A DNA stretch of 64,000 bases from Trypanosoma brucei (taxonomy: Eukaryota): assembly GCA_000002445.1 (NCBI GenBank), contig CP000066.1, forward strand, positions 768,001 to 832,000, written 5' to 3'. The notes under the pieces were generated by a model, which was given only the letters and a program-made list of their open reading frames with translations, was not told where the DNA came from and ran no database searches. The translations under genes and the position numbers were made by a program. Positions 44,099 to 53,588 of the stretch are shown piece by piece; within the stretch, counting starts at the first letter, position 1; each line of letters begins with the position of its first letter.

Positions 44099-44930
44099 AT
44101 GCTTCTGAAGGCAATGCCAACACACCTACCACAAAATACGCGTCTCACTGAATGTAAGGAGAGGGGTAAAAGAGAAAACAAAGAACAAACATCCGTTTTC
44201 TTTTTTGTTTGGCAAACAGATAATGTTGGGTGAAAGCACGGGAAGCAGCCGAGCAGACTACCACAGGGGCACAAAGACAGAGGTGAAAAGGGGGTTCAAC
44301 AGGAGGATGCCACCAGCGCATACATATATATATATGTGTGTATATGAGTGGGGTACCTCCGATAAGGAAGGAAGGTAAACTTTATTTTTAAAAAAATAGG
44401 ATAAGGAACGCCAAGAAACAGTAACTTAATGGGCTGCACATATGTGTGTACGCAAACAAACACACACACACACGCAAGCACCAACATTCCTCGTCCATTT
44501 TCCACTTCTCATAGCTCTCCGTTTTTTGTTCTACCTACCAGGGGCTCGGACACAACATATTTGTTGTTATCGGTATATGTGTATTTGCTGGTGTTGCCGT
44601 GGTTTTAGTTGTGTTTTTCTTTTTCATTATAATGCTCTTTGTAATTATTCCCTTTTTATTTTGTTCTTTCATGGCTGCCCCAACGACCATTTACTTGCAG
44701 CTGCAATGATTCACATCCAGTGCGCACGTACATCCGTGCACTCCTGACAAGAAAATAAGTTGGAAGCTTTAAAGCGCCTGATCCAACACAAATTAGCTGT
44801 GGCGCACACACACGTACATTCACATTCATTAATAGCAGTATCAAGATCAACATGGAAATCATCGGCTGCAAAAACGCACACACGCACGTGTATAAATATG
44901 CATATGTTGAAGATACAAATTTATTTATGC

Positions 44931-44996
44931 TTATATATATATATATATATATATAAGCATATATATAAGCATATATATATATATATATATATCGTC
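44931..44996. repeat. Interrupted (TA)n microsatellite with embedded AAGCAT units
   Basis: Direct read: tatatatatatatatatataagcatatatataagcatatatatatatatatatat. Confidence 0.9.
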
Positions 44997-45205
44997 TCCC
45001 TCCCTGACGCACAGGTATAATAATTAGCCCATCAGTCAGATGCAAGTGCAGTGTAGATATACAACACGGCATCTGTCCAATATATATATTATAAACAGAG
45101 AAAGCGAGAGCGAAAAAGAAGGGGAAGAAAGATCTCATTCTCCCCATACATATATATATATATATATATATGTACGTTCCCCGTCGACTTAACGGCTCCG
45201 CAGCT

Positions 45206-46409
45206 TTACTTCAGGTCTTGTAACAGGTGCAGCACCTGATGCACCTCTAAAAATTTGACACGGGGCCAATGCATTGCACGATCATTCCGCTGAAATGACC
45301 ACGGAATGGAGTCATTGTTACATCCCTCCTTCACAGCGTGGTGAAACTCGCCACACGCCTCAGTAAACAGAGACGGCTGTGGGGTGGGACCCCCCTCCTT
45401 TGCCTTAACACCTATGAGGAAATTGACAGACAAAAAACATGAAGAACCCCCCACGTGATTATCCTTTTTGGGCCTTATCTTACGCGGACAGGGACGGGCC
45501 TGTGCATGACGCTCTATGGAGTATATGAGGATTCGTAACCTGCTGGCCACATAGGAACTCCACACAGAAAGCGCCTGCTCAGTCTCCGCCATACTGTGGC
45601 CCGCACAACTTACACCCACAACAAGAAAGGTTGAATACTCTTCCTCTATTCTATACGGTTCCCACATCTCTTCCAACGGGAGAGTCCGCGCCTCCGTCAG
45701 AATGCATTGCACCCGTGTGATCTCGCTGTAAAGCGCCTCCAGCCCACATCGCCCAACGCTACTTGCATCGTTCACATATGGATACGCCGGACTGATCACG
45801 GGAAACAAATCGCAGCAAATTTTATCTTTCGACGGCTTCCATGAGTCTGGCAGCCCGGGAATGCGACCGCGACCCTCCAGAGTCGCAGTCAAATACACGG
45901 GTGAAATACGATCATGGCGGCTCATCCATTGCGTGTAGAAAAGAAAGAAAAATCGAAGAAGAGTACTGGGATGAGAAGATGGAAGCACCTGACAAACCCT
46001 AGCCACCATGATGGCAAGCACCGCGCCGTTCGGATACGTGTAGACATTGCCGTAAACCATCCGACGCATCGCCCATAGCTTTACTGTCTTCAGAACGGCA
46101 GTGAAGACATCGTACGGCACCGGAAGTCGCCGCTTAATCTCAAACGTGAAACGGATTCCGTTCGCACTGGGTCGGGTTTCTCGAGCCACCTTCAGTAGAA
46201 ACGAATCATCCAGCATCTGCTCCTCCGTAGGCGGCTGTGGCAGTCCAACAGAAACAAACACAACATCGACAGCTGTGCCTCTGTACTCAAATTTAACAAC
46301 GGGAACTCTGGCAGCGACTACAGACACGGGACCGACAGAGTTATATAACAACCTCGGAAACTCATCGAAAAAGATATCAGTCGTTAAAACAGATGGACAA
46401 ATCAGCGCG
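45206..46409 (-). CDS. PAP1: Poly(A) polymerase, exon 2 (rest of catalytic domain, central domain and start of RNA-binding domain)
   Basis: RVPVVKFEYRGTAVDVVFVSVG matches [20 protein letters not shown] (third catalytic Asp). LKTVKLWAMRRMVYGNVYTYPNGAVLAIMVARVCQVLP...LLRFFFLFYTQWMS matches the PAP central-domain motifs [35 protein letters not shown]...LV.KFF.VFS.W. The spliced protein is about 487 aa. Confidence 0.8.
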
Positions 46410-47059
46410 CTTCACAAATTCAACGTAATTCGGCGTTGTGATTGTTGTTGGTTGAAATGGTATGGTTGCGGGGTTTTGACAAAAAAAAAATGGAAAATCA
46501 GCATCCGTGTTTGCCGTCAGTACCATGTGCGGGTCACGAGTGCCACGACGACGAACAGACTCACATCAACAAAATATACACATATACACAAATGTATACG
46601 TGTACATATATGATTATACATGTATATGCATATTTAGATAATCACATCATTAACGAAGGAAGAAGCAATGGTCAATGTTGGAAATAAACACAAATGTATA
46701 GACAGTGAAAGCGAAACAGCACGCAGATCAGCCACGAAGGTTCGACAACCACGGCAAGATGAACGCGTCCAGACGTCGACAAGGCGATGGCGGCACGTGA
46801 AACGAGGAACAGGGAACGATGTGAGGAGGGGAAGAAAAGAAGAGGACGGGAGAAGAGCAGGGAAAAGATTACACGTAAAGCAGAAGCACGTTCCTTTAAG
46901 GGTTCACATGATCCAACATAAAATGAAAAAGGACCCAGAACACCAAAAAGGAAAAGAATAGTAAAGAAAGAGAGGAAGAAGAGGGGAGATGCATATACAA
47001 AGAGAGGAGAAAAGAAGAAGGGAGTAGAAAGGAGGGATTAAGGAAAGAACTCACCATAC
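46410..47059 (-). other. PAP1: cis-spliced intron of the poly(A) polymerase gene (GT..AG, about 650 nt)
   Basis: 5' splice site GTATGG at 47059..47054 (minus strand). 3' splice site ..AATTTGTGAAG|C with AG at 46411..46410. Splicing joins GAT GT|C GCG CTG to give SDLD-V-ALICPSVLTTDIFFDEF, which is collinear with bovine PAP [20 protein letters not shown]. The intron contains in-frame stops in the PAP frame and a U10 tract about 75 nt upstream of the acceptor. Confidence 0.75.
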
Positions 47060-47319
47060 ACATCGAGATCACTCTCTGCAACTGAAGCGGAAAGACCGCA
47101 TGAACCAAATGGGTAGGCACGTGCCCATTGTTCCTGAGTGTTTTGGGAGTGCCGCTGCACAATGCGAAGCGCCATCGACTCCACTAGCGTTAAAACCGGA
47201 TTGGGACTAATGGAAGGGCATTCGGCCAACACGCCGTAAAGCATCTCAGACTCGTCGTAGTCATGGTCTTGTGGACGGGGAACCTCTAGTGGTTTCGTTG
47301 GGCCATACATCCACTCCAT
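47060..47319 (-). CDS. PAP1: Poly(A) polymerase, exon 1 (nucleotidyltransferase domain through the DxD motif)
   Basis: ATG at 47319 is the first AUG after a pyrimidine tract and AG. It encodes MEWMYGPTKP...YPFGSCGLSASVAESDLD and ends in phase 2 (..GAT GT) directly before GTATGG. This is the pol-beta-like GS...DxD catalytic motif of PAP. Confidence 0.75.
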
Positions 47320-47420
47320 CAAATAAAGTGTTTCTTCCTTCAACGTAACACATAGAAGTAAAAGAAGCCACACAAGCGGGGATATTGAAAAAATGGAAAG
47401 GTGAGAAAAAAAATAGAGCA
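47320..47420 (-). promoter_or_regulatory. Polypyrimidine tract and candidate SL trans-splice acceptor AGs upstream of PAP exon 1
   Basis: Minus strand reads ctattttttttctcacctttccattttttcaatatccccgcttgtgtggcttcttttacttctatgtgttacgttgAAGgAAGaaacactttatttgATG. Confidence 0.5.
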
Positions 47421-47460
47421 CATAAAAAGGTGCATCAACGCGTAGGAAAGTGGAGGAGGC

Positions 47461-47464
<4 letters not shown>

Positions 47465-47497
<33 letters not shown>
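47465..47497. repeat. (TA)n microsatellite, about 16 units, upstream of PAP
   Basis: Direct read. Confidence 0.95.
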
Positions 47498-47499
<2 letters not shown>

Positions 47500-47896
47500 T
47501 TCCTAGGAACAAAGTGACAGGTGGTTGAAGGGCAACAACTGGAGTATCTGGTATGTTTGCTCTATAAATACACTGCATGTTCCCAGGCCACTGCCACTTG
47601 GCTAATAACCTTGAACTATGCACTTACGCATAGCCGGTAATATGCTGCCCACTCACTCAACACAACGAACGAAATCAGTGGCGTGGGTGTTTCCACGATG
47701 GCACACACGATCGTAGTGGAAGAAAAAAAGAGGAAAGAAGTGTGGAATATTTCATACATTCATATGTCTCTTCGACACCCGAAAGACGATATCTCTACTT
47801 TGCTGCCACACATACACACACACACACATACGCACAGCTACATAGCCCGCAAGCCCCTCGCCGCGATATTCAACTCGGCACGTTAGTGTGACTCCT

Positions 47897-49861
47897 CTAG
47901 ACGGCGGCACGAGGTAGATAATCCGAGCTTGCTGACAGCTTCATTACTTCCTCATGGAGAATGCTGCTCGAGTGGGGAATAACAAAGCGGTCCCCAGCTG
48001 AAGCCACAAGCGCCTGCCCGTCGGTCAGTTGGTCAACGGATGTTACCTCACAACCTGTAGCGTCGTATATTGTGTCCACTTTCTTCCCAAGAGCGTGCCA
48101 CTCCAACTCCCTCTCGACTGTGTTCATGACGGCACGCATCGTTTTGTGCGCAGGCCTTAGTGTTACGGTACGAAAGGGGAATCGGTCGTTATTCCTGTCG
48201 CCATACTCTCCGTTCTCAAACACACGCACGGATATCGGTCTCAGGATTCCCTTTCCCGGGGCTGTATGGGGAGCACAATGCACTCTCTCCTGCTGTTTCG
48301 GCTGCTGTTTCGGTTGTTGCTTTGGTTGGCCACCTGCTGCACCAGAACCTCCAATCGAATGTGACTTCCTCACGGGCGTGCCCGTGGCAGGCCGGCCAGC
48401 CGGAATCCTCGAAGCCTCCGCACTTGCTGCTTCCACCTTTACACCCTTTGAGGGCGCCGGAGGGCAAGCATACACATGACCAGTCGTTGCCACAAGAGAT
48501 ATGCCATCCGTGATAAACTCCGCACGTGCGATTTCAACGCCTTCAGTGGTGAACAAACGCTTCACCCGCCTTCCAGAGGACTCCCAACCAAGCGCTTGCG
48601 TGAGTATATCTAATACACACGGCAGTGTCTTTGCTTGTCCGCTCAGAACAACTTGCTTAAACTGCAATGCAATTTGCCCAGGAAGCACTCCTGCCACCTT
48701 GCACCGCCTCGGCTTCGCAGTCACATCCTTGCTATCAAGTCGTGGAATCCCCGTGGCTCCATCATTCAGGGAGTATTTAGGCTGGTAATTTGTTGGACAG
48801 CCGGTGGGTAGGGAACGATGGTTTCCACCCCTGGGAACACATGCTTCCGGCGGTTTCACCTGAGGAGACGCAATTTCAACGGCTGGTGACTCGCGAGGAC
48901 CGCGGGACCCTGGAGGGCGGCTGCTCGCCAATGCAACACCACCGCTGCCCCTCTCCCTCGGAGTATTTAACGGTTTCGCAGCTCCGTCCTTCTTCTGGAC
49001 ACGAGACTTCGTGGTTAACGTAGGAGAAACTCCCTCAGTCCTCAGAGTGTCAGATCCCGATCTCCTAGTTTCCGTACAACTAGACAGCGAAGGGTTGCTT
49101 TCAGCAGCAGCACGAGCGGAGGAAGAAACCAGCATCGGCTTGCCCCCACAGCGAATAATTGTGGGGGGAGCTGGTGTTGCCGCATTCCACAGTTCGTCCG
49201 TCGATGGAAGCCTTGTCGAGTCAAATCTCTTATTTGCTTTTAACTCCGAAGACCTCCTAAGCTCCTTAGCATTCTGCACACAAGCTGCACGCCTTAGTTC
49301 CCCAATCATTTCCCATGTAGGCTGCGGGGGGGCCTCAGGCTTCGACTGAGGGGTAACACCAGGAGCGGTTTCACCTCCAGTGGAAGTCTCACAACGCGGT
49401 TTCTGTTGCCCAGAGCTATTCTTCGCAGAACCTCTCCCTCTATCCTCGATGTCAAGGCACTCAGTGAGAAATACTTTGGAGGCACCGTCAGCGAATCTCA
49501 TCTCTACTGCTGACTTTCCTTGAAATGAGGGTATGACACGGGTGATCTTCCCTCGTTCGCCCAGGTACACTTGTTTCACAGGGTCAGGAATAAAAATGCC
49601 TTTTTCCTCACGGAGTAAAGTGGACATATCGTCGATCGTCTGAACATAGTCCCCAACACGCAGAATCATCTCTCCCACTTTGAGGGAAGTTGGCTCCTCC
49701 TCAGCTGCCTTTCTCAGGGCTGCCTGGGCAACCTCCGCAGCGGTCATCTCTAAATTCTTGCCAGCCAGCTCATCAAACGCCCTCTGTTCCCTCTCCCTCT
49801 CCTGACGGAGGATCTCAAGCTTTAACTGTATTTCCTCCCGCTTCGATGCCGCTGTATGCAT
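47897..49861 (-). CDS. Doublecortin (DCX)-like domain protein, hypothetical
   Basis: 654 aa with a true ATG at 49861. An N-terminal coiled coil is followed by two ubiquitin-like DCX-type segments (VKRLFTTEGVEIARAEFITDGISLVATTG and RFPFRTVTLRP...GKKVDTIYDATGCEVTSVDQLTDGQALVASAGDRF). The middle is a Ser/Pro/Arg-rich linker with a (QPKQ)3 repeat. Confidence 0.45.
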   Translation of the reverse strand: MHTAASKREEIQLKLEILRQEREREQRAFDELAGKNLEMTAAEVAQAALRKAAEEEPTSLKVGEMILRVGDYVQTIDDMSTLLREEKGIFIPDPVKQVYLGERGKITRVIPSFQGKSAVEMRFADGASKVFLTECLDIEDRGRGSAKNSSGQQKPRCETSTGGETAPGVTPQSKPEAPPQPTWEMIGELRRAACVQNAKELRRSSELKANKRFDSTRLPSTDELWNAATPAPPTIIRCGGKPMLVSSSARAAAESNPSLSSCTETRRSGSDTLRTEGVSPTLTTKSRVQKKDGAAKPLNTPRERGSGGVALASSRPPGSRGPRESPAVEIASPQVKPPEACVPRGGNHRSLPTGCPTNYQPKYSLNDGATGIPRLDSKDVTAKPRRCKVAGVLPGQIALQFKQVVLSGQAKTLPCVLDILTQALGWESSGRRVKRLFTTEGVEIARAEFITDGISLVATTGHVYACPPAPSKGVKVEAASAEASRIPAGRPATGTPVRKSHSIGGSGAAGGQPKQQPKQQPKQQERVHCAPHTAPGKGILRPISVRVFENGEYGDRNNDRFPFRTVTLRPAHKTMRAVMNTVERELEWHALGKKVDTIYDATGCEVTSVDQLTDGQALVASAGDRFVIPHSSSILHEEVMKLSASSDYLPRAAV

Positions 49862-50609
49862 CTTTTACGAGTGTTTCACAAATTAAAATAACACAATGGG
49901 CCGTCTTCCCACAGAGCCTTTACGACAGTACTAACCAGTCAGTCCAGCAGAATAAAGCAAAGAAAAAACAGGGCTGTTGCAGAGAGTTAAGATGCTAGCT
50001 CATGTCGATGAGTGAAAGAAAGAGTGTAGAAAAAGAAAGCTACCAGCAGGTGCTTACGAAAAAAACAACACTCACGCCCTTTTTCACCAAAGGAAGTGCA
50101 GCACATGGTTTAACACACACACAAAAACTTCCCACTCACAACGAAATAAAGGCAACAACACACCTCAACATCCAAGTTATTGTCACCACACACATAATTA
50201 CACACGCACGCATATGCGTGCAAGCATCAAACAAAAAAAAGAACAAAACAGAGCGATTACGCTAGTTGTGAATGAACAACAGAAACACAACCAGGCTACA
50301 CCCTCTCAACACAAGTACCACCACATATTCACATTTCTATGTATGTACGTGCTCAACGAAAACGAAAGGTGGCGAAAGCACGAAACAAGCCCCAACACAG
50401 GCATATGCAATAACAGCACAACACAAACTAGTAAAAGGAACAGTGAACCGCCATATCACACACCTTCAATAAGATTAATTGCTAACATTTTTGGTATCCT
50501 CCATTTTACCTGTGAAGGATTCATCGTCAAATGAAACTAAAGAAGGGTAGAAAACAAAGAAAACACCAAATAAGGTACCTGACGCAGCGGCAACACCACG
50601 TCGACTTGC

Positions 50610-53588
50610 TTAAGCATTCCCAGAAGAGGCACCAAATGAGAAGGGATTCCGTGGAGCATTGTTCTTTTCACCACTTGCTGAAGCATTCCCAGCAGAGGCA
50701 CCAAATGAGAAGGGATTCCGTGGAGCATTGTCCTTTTCACCACTTGCTGAAGCATTCCCAGCAGAGGCACCAAATGAGAAGGGATTCCGTGGAGCATTGT
50801 CCTTTTCACCACTTGCTGAAGCATTCCCAGCAGAGGCACCAAATGAGAAGGGATTCCGTGGAGCATTGTCCTTTTCACCACTTGCTGAAGCATTCCCAGC
50901 AGAGGCACCAAATGAGAAGGGATTCCGTGGAGCATTGTCCTTTTCACCACTTGCTGAAGCATTCCCAGCAGAGGCACCAAATGAGAAAGGATTACTCGGG
51001 GTGCGAGTGACACCTGAAGTTGAACCTGCAGTTGGAGATGGTGACCCGTCTTCGTCATCACCTCCAGCGTTGTCAGCGAAACCCTCATCATCAAACGGGA
51101 CAGCAGATGGGCCACTTTTAAAGAAACCACCAGATGAAGCTGTCTTTGAAGTCACAGCCCCAATACCCGAGCTCGCTGCAGCACTTCCAGCAGAGGCACC
51201 AAATGAGAAGGGATTCCGTGGAGCATTGTCCTTTTCACCACTTGCTGAAGCATTCCCAGCAGAGGCACCAAATGAGAAGGGATTCCGTGGAGCATTGTCC
51301 TTTTCACCACTTGCTGAAGCATTCCCAGCAGAGGCACCAAATGAGAAGGGATTCCGTGGAGCATTGTTCTTTTCACCACTTGCTGAAGCATTCCCAGCAG
51401 AGGCACCAAATGAGAAGGGATTCCGTGGAGCATTGTTCTTTTCACCACTTGCTGAAGCATTCCCAGCAGAGGCACCAAATGAGAAGGGATTCCGTGGAGC
51501 ATTGTTCTTTTCACCACTTGCTGAAGCATTCCCAGCAGAGGCACCAAATGAGAAAGGATTACTCGGGGTGCGAGTGACACCTGAAGTTGAACCTGCAGTT
51601 GGAGATGGTGACCCGTCTTCGTCATCACCTCCAGCGTTGTCAGCGAAACCCTCATCATCAAACGGGACAGCAGATGGGCCACTTTTAAAGAAACCACCAG
51701 ATGAAGCTGTCTTTGAAGTCACAGCCCCAATACCCGAGCTCGCTGCAGCACTTCCAGCAGAGGCACCAAATGAGAAGGGATTCCGTGGAGCATTGTCCTT
51801 TTCACCACTTGCTGAAGCATTCCCAGCAGAGGCACCAAATGAGAAAGGATTACTCGGGGTGCGAGTGACACCTGAAGTTGAACCTGCAGTTGGAGATGGT
51901 GACCCGTCTTCGTCATCACCTCCAGCGTTGTCAGCGAAACCCTCATCATCAAACGGGACAGCAGATGGGCCACTTTTAAAGAAACCACCAGATGAAGCTG
52001 TCTTTGAAGTCACAGCCCCAATACCCGAGCTCGCTGCAGCACTTCCAGCAGAGGCACCAAATGAGAAGGGATTCCGTGGAGCATTGTCCTTTTCACCACT
52101 TGCTGAAGCATTCCCAGCAGAGGCACCAAATGAGAAGGGATTCCGTGGAGCATTGTCCTTTTCACCACTTGCTGAAGCATTCCCAGCAGAGGCACCTGAT
52201 GAGAAAGGATTACTCGGGGTGCGAGTGACACCTGAAGTTGAACCTGCAGTTGGAGATGGTGACCCGTCTTCGTCATCACCTCCAGCGTTGTCAGCGAAAC
52301 CCTCATCATCAAACGGGACAGCAGATGGGCCACTTTTAAAGAAACCACCAGATGAAGCTGTCTTTGAAGTCACAGCCCCAATGCCCGAGCTCGCTGCAGC
52401 ACTTCCAGCAGAGGCACCAAATGAGAAGGGATTCCGTGGAGCATTGTCCTTTTCACCACTTGCTGAAGCATTCCCAGCAGAGGCACCAAATGAGAAGGGA
52501 TTCCGTGGAGCATTGTCCTTTTCACCACTTGCTGAAGCATTCCCAGCAGAGGCACCAAATGAGAAGGGATTCCGTGGAGCATTGTCCTTTTCACCACTTG
52601 CTGCAGCACTTCCAGCAGAGGCACCAAATGAGAAAGGATTCCGTGGAGCATTGTTCTTTTCACCACTTGCTGAAGCATTCCCAGCAGAGGCACCTGATGA
52701 GAAGGGATTACTCGGGGTGCGAGTGGTACCTGAAGTTGGGCCTGCGACGTGTGCAGCCTTTTCCCCATCTCTATTCGTGCCACGGTCAGTTCCACCACCA
52801 AGCCCTTCTGCCTCAAATGTCACACGCCTCAATAGGTCTTGCCGCATAGTTGAAGACGCATCTGCATCGCCTTGGTCGCGCCTCCGCTTCTCTGGAGTGG
52901 GGCGGGGAGCCAATATAGTCGACCTGTACGAAGGCCGTGACGGCCGTATCGTGTAACGCGGCTCGTTGAACCTTGCCAATAACAGAGGATCCACGGTGGG
53001 TAGATTATTTGATGGAGCGGCGTAGTAGAAGTTGTATTGATAATGGTGCGTGTAAGGCCCAGTCTCCGGTTCTATCATCTGGGACCCACGCTGATGGGCA
53101 TTACCAGCAAATTCACCGGGCCTCACAACAACGGGATTGCACTCCGCTCGCGCAACTGCCGCTACTCCTGAGCGATGCGACTGCATATGCATGGTGTTCG
53201 CTGCCGTGGTTACATTATTAGTTATGGGTGGTACCGGCGAGTTTGTCTGGGATGGTGGCGCATGTGAGGAAGCTACTGAGTCTGGCGTTGGACCACACCG
53301 GCTGGCGTCAGCCCCGCCCACGGTGGTCACTCCCAAAACGGCTCGCATGACACCTTTAGCCAAACCGCCGAGACGCGTCATACACCACGCCAAACTGCCG
53401 CTTACACGAGCGATATTCGACATGTTTTTCTGGTGATCAACCTCCTCACCGTTACGCAAGACGACCGTACCTGTTGATACGCCATGGCGAGACATCGCTG
53501 AGTGGTCTCCAAACCGGTGAGACGAGGTGGGCGTAAAGGAATCCTTCTTGGCACAAAGGCGTACGGTTATACGCGGCCGCTCACGCAT
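50610..53588 (-). CDS. FSFG-repeat nucleoporin-like protein (FG-Nup, about 98 kDa)
   Basis: First ATG at 53588 (the track start 53618 is TTG). A non-repetitive N-terminal domain of about 300 aa precedes roughly 25 copies of a 23-aa unit NPFSFGASAGNASASGEKDNAPR (69 bp). These are organised in blocks separated by a 75-aa spacer unit (..SSGIGAVTSKTASSGGFFKSGPSAVPFDDEGFADNAGGDDEDGSPSPTAGSTSGVTRTPS..). The ORF terminates with TAA inside the last repeat unit. Confidence 0.7.
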   Translation of the reverse strand: MRERPRITVRLCAKKDSFTPTSSHRFGDHSAMSRHGVSTGTVVLRNGEEVDHQKNMSNIARVSGSLAWCMTRLGGLAKGVMRAVLGVTTVGGADASRCGPTPDSVASSHAPPSQTNSPVPPITNNVTTAANTMHMQSHRSGVAAVARAECNPVVVRPGEFAGNAHQRGSQMIEPETGPYTHHYQYNFYYAAPSNNLPTVDPLLLARFNEPRYTIRPSRPSYRSTILAPRPTPEKRRRDQGDADASSTMRQDLLRRVTFEAEGLGGGTDRGTNRDGEKAAHVAGPTSGTTRTPSNPFSSGASAGNASASGEKNNAPRNPFSFGASAGSAAASGEKDNAPRNPFSFGASAGNASASGEKDNAPRNPFSFGASAGNASASGEKDNAPRNPFSFGASAGSAAASSGIGAVTSKTASSGGFFKSGPSAVPFDDEGFADNAGGDDEDGSPSPTAGSTSGVTRTPSNPFSSGASAGNASASGEKDNAPRNPFSFGASAGNASASGEKDNAPRNPFSFGASAGSAAASSGIGAVTSKTASSGGFFKSGPSAVPFDDEGFADNAGGDDEDGSPSPTAGSTSGVTRTPSNPFSFGASAGNASASGEKDNAPRNPFSFGASAGSAAASSGIGAVTSKTASSGGFFKSGPSAVPFDDEGFADNAGGDDEDGSPSPTAGSTSGVTRTPSNPFSFGASAGNASASGEKNNAPRNPFSFGASAGNASASGEKNNAPRNPFSFGASAGNASASGEKNNAPRNPFSFGASAGNASASGEKDNAPRNPFSFGASAGNASASGEKDNAPRNPFSFGASAGSAAASSGIGAVTSKTASSGGFFKSGPSAVPFDDEGFADNAGGDDEDGSPSPTAGSTSGVTRTPSNPFSFGASAGNASASGEKDNAPRNPFSFGASAGNASASGEKDNAPRNPFSFGASAGNASASGEKDNAPRNPFSFGASAGNASASGEKDNAPRNPFSFGASAGNASASGEKNNAPRNPFSFGASSGNA
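50612..52745. repeat. Hierarchical coding tandem repeat (69-bp units in higher-order blocks of about 290-560 bp) within the FG-Nup gene
   Basis: The near-identical 69-mer agcattcccagcagaggcaccaaatgagaagggattccgtggagcattgtccttttcaccacttgctga recurs more than 20 times. The spacer unit starting aatgagaaaggattactcggggtgcgagtgacacc recurs at about 50977, 51541, 51835, 52195 and 52689. Unit length is a multiple of 3, so several frames stay open on both strands. Confidence 0.95.

Noticed and set aside
46668-46961. A 97-aa basic plus-strand ORF lying inside the PAP intron.
   Set aside because: It is on the opposite strand with Arg/Lys-rich low complexity and no recognisable motif. It is most likely chance. 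Only strand-specific expression data would change this.
47049-47054. A better-consensus 5' splice site, GTGAGT (GG|GTGAGT), 5 nt downstream of the chosen donor.
   Set aside because: It would put the exon in phase 1. No AG acceptor in the following 120 nt restores the PAP frame from phase 1 or phase 0. Only the phase-2 donor at 47059 pairs with an AG (46410/46411) to give the conserved DLD-V-ALICP junction.
50659-52956. A 765-aa plus-strand ORF, plus several other plus- and minus-strand ORFs (50531..51010, 51134..51577, 50537..51130 and others), inside the FG-repeat array.
   Set aside because: The 69-bp unit is a multiple of 3, so the repeat propagates stop-free frames on both strands. Only the minus-strand FSFG frame gives a coherent protein with a non-repetitive N-terminal domain, and the strand matches every neighbouring gene.
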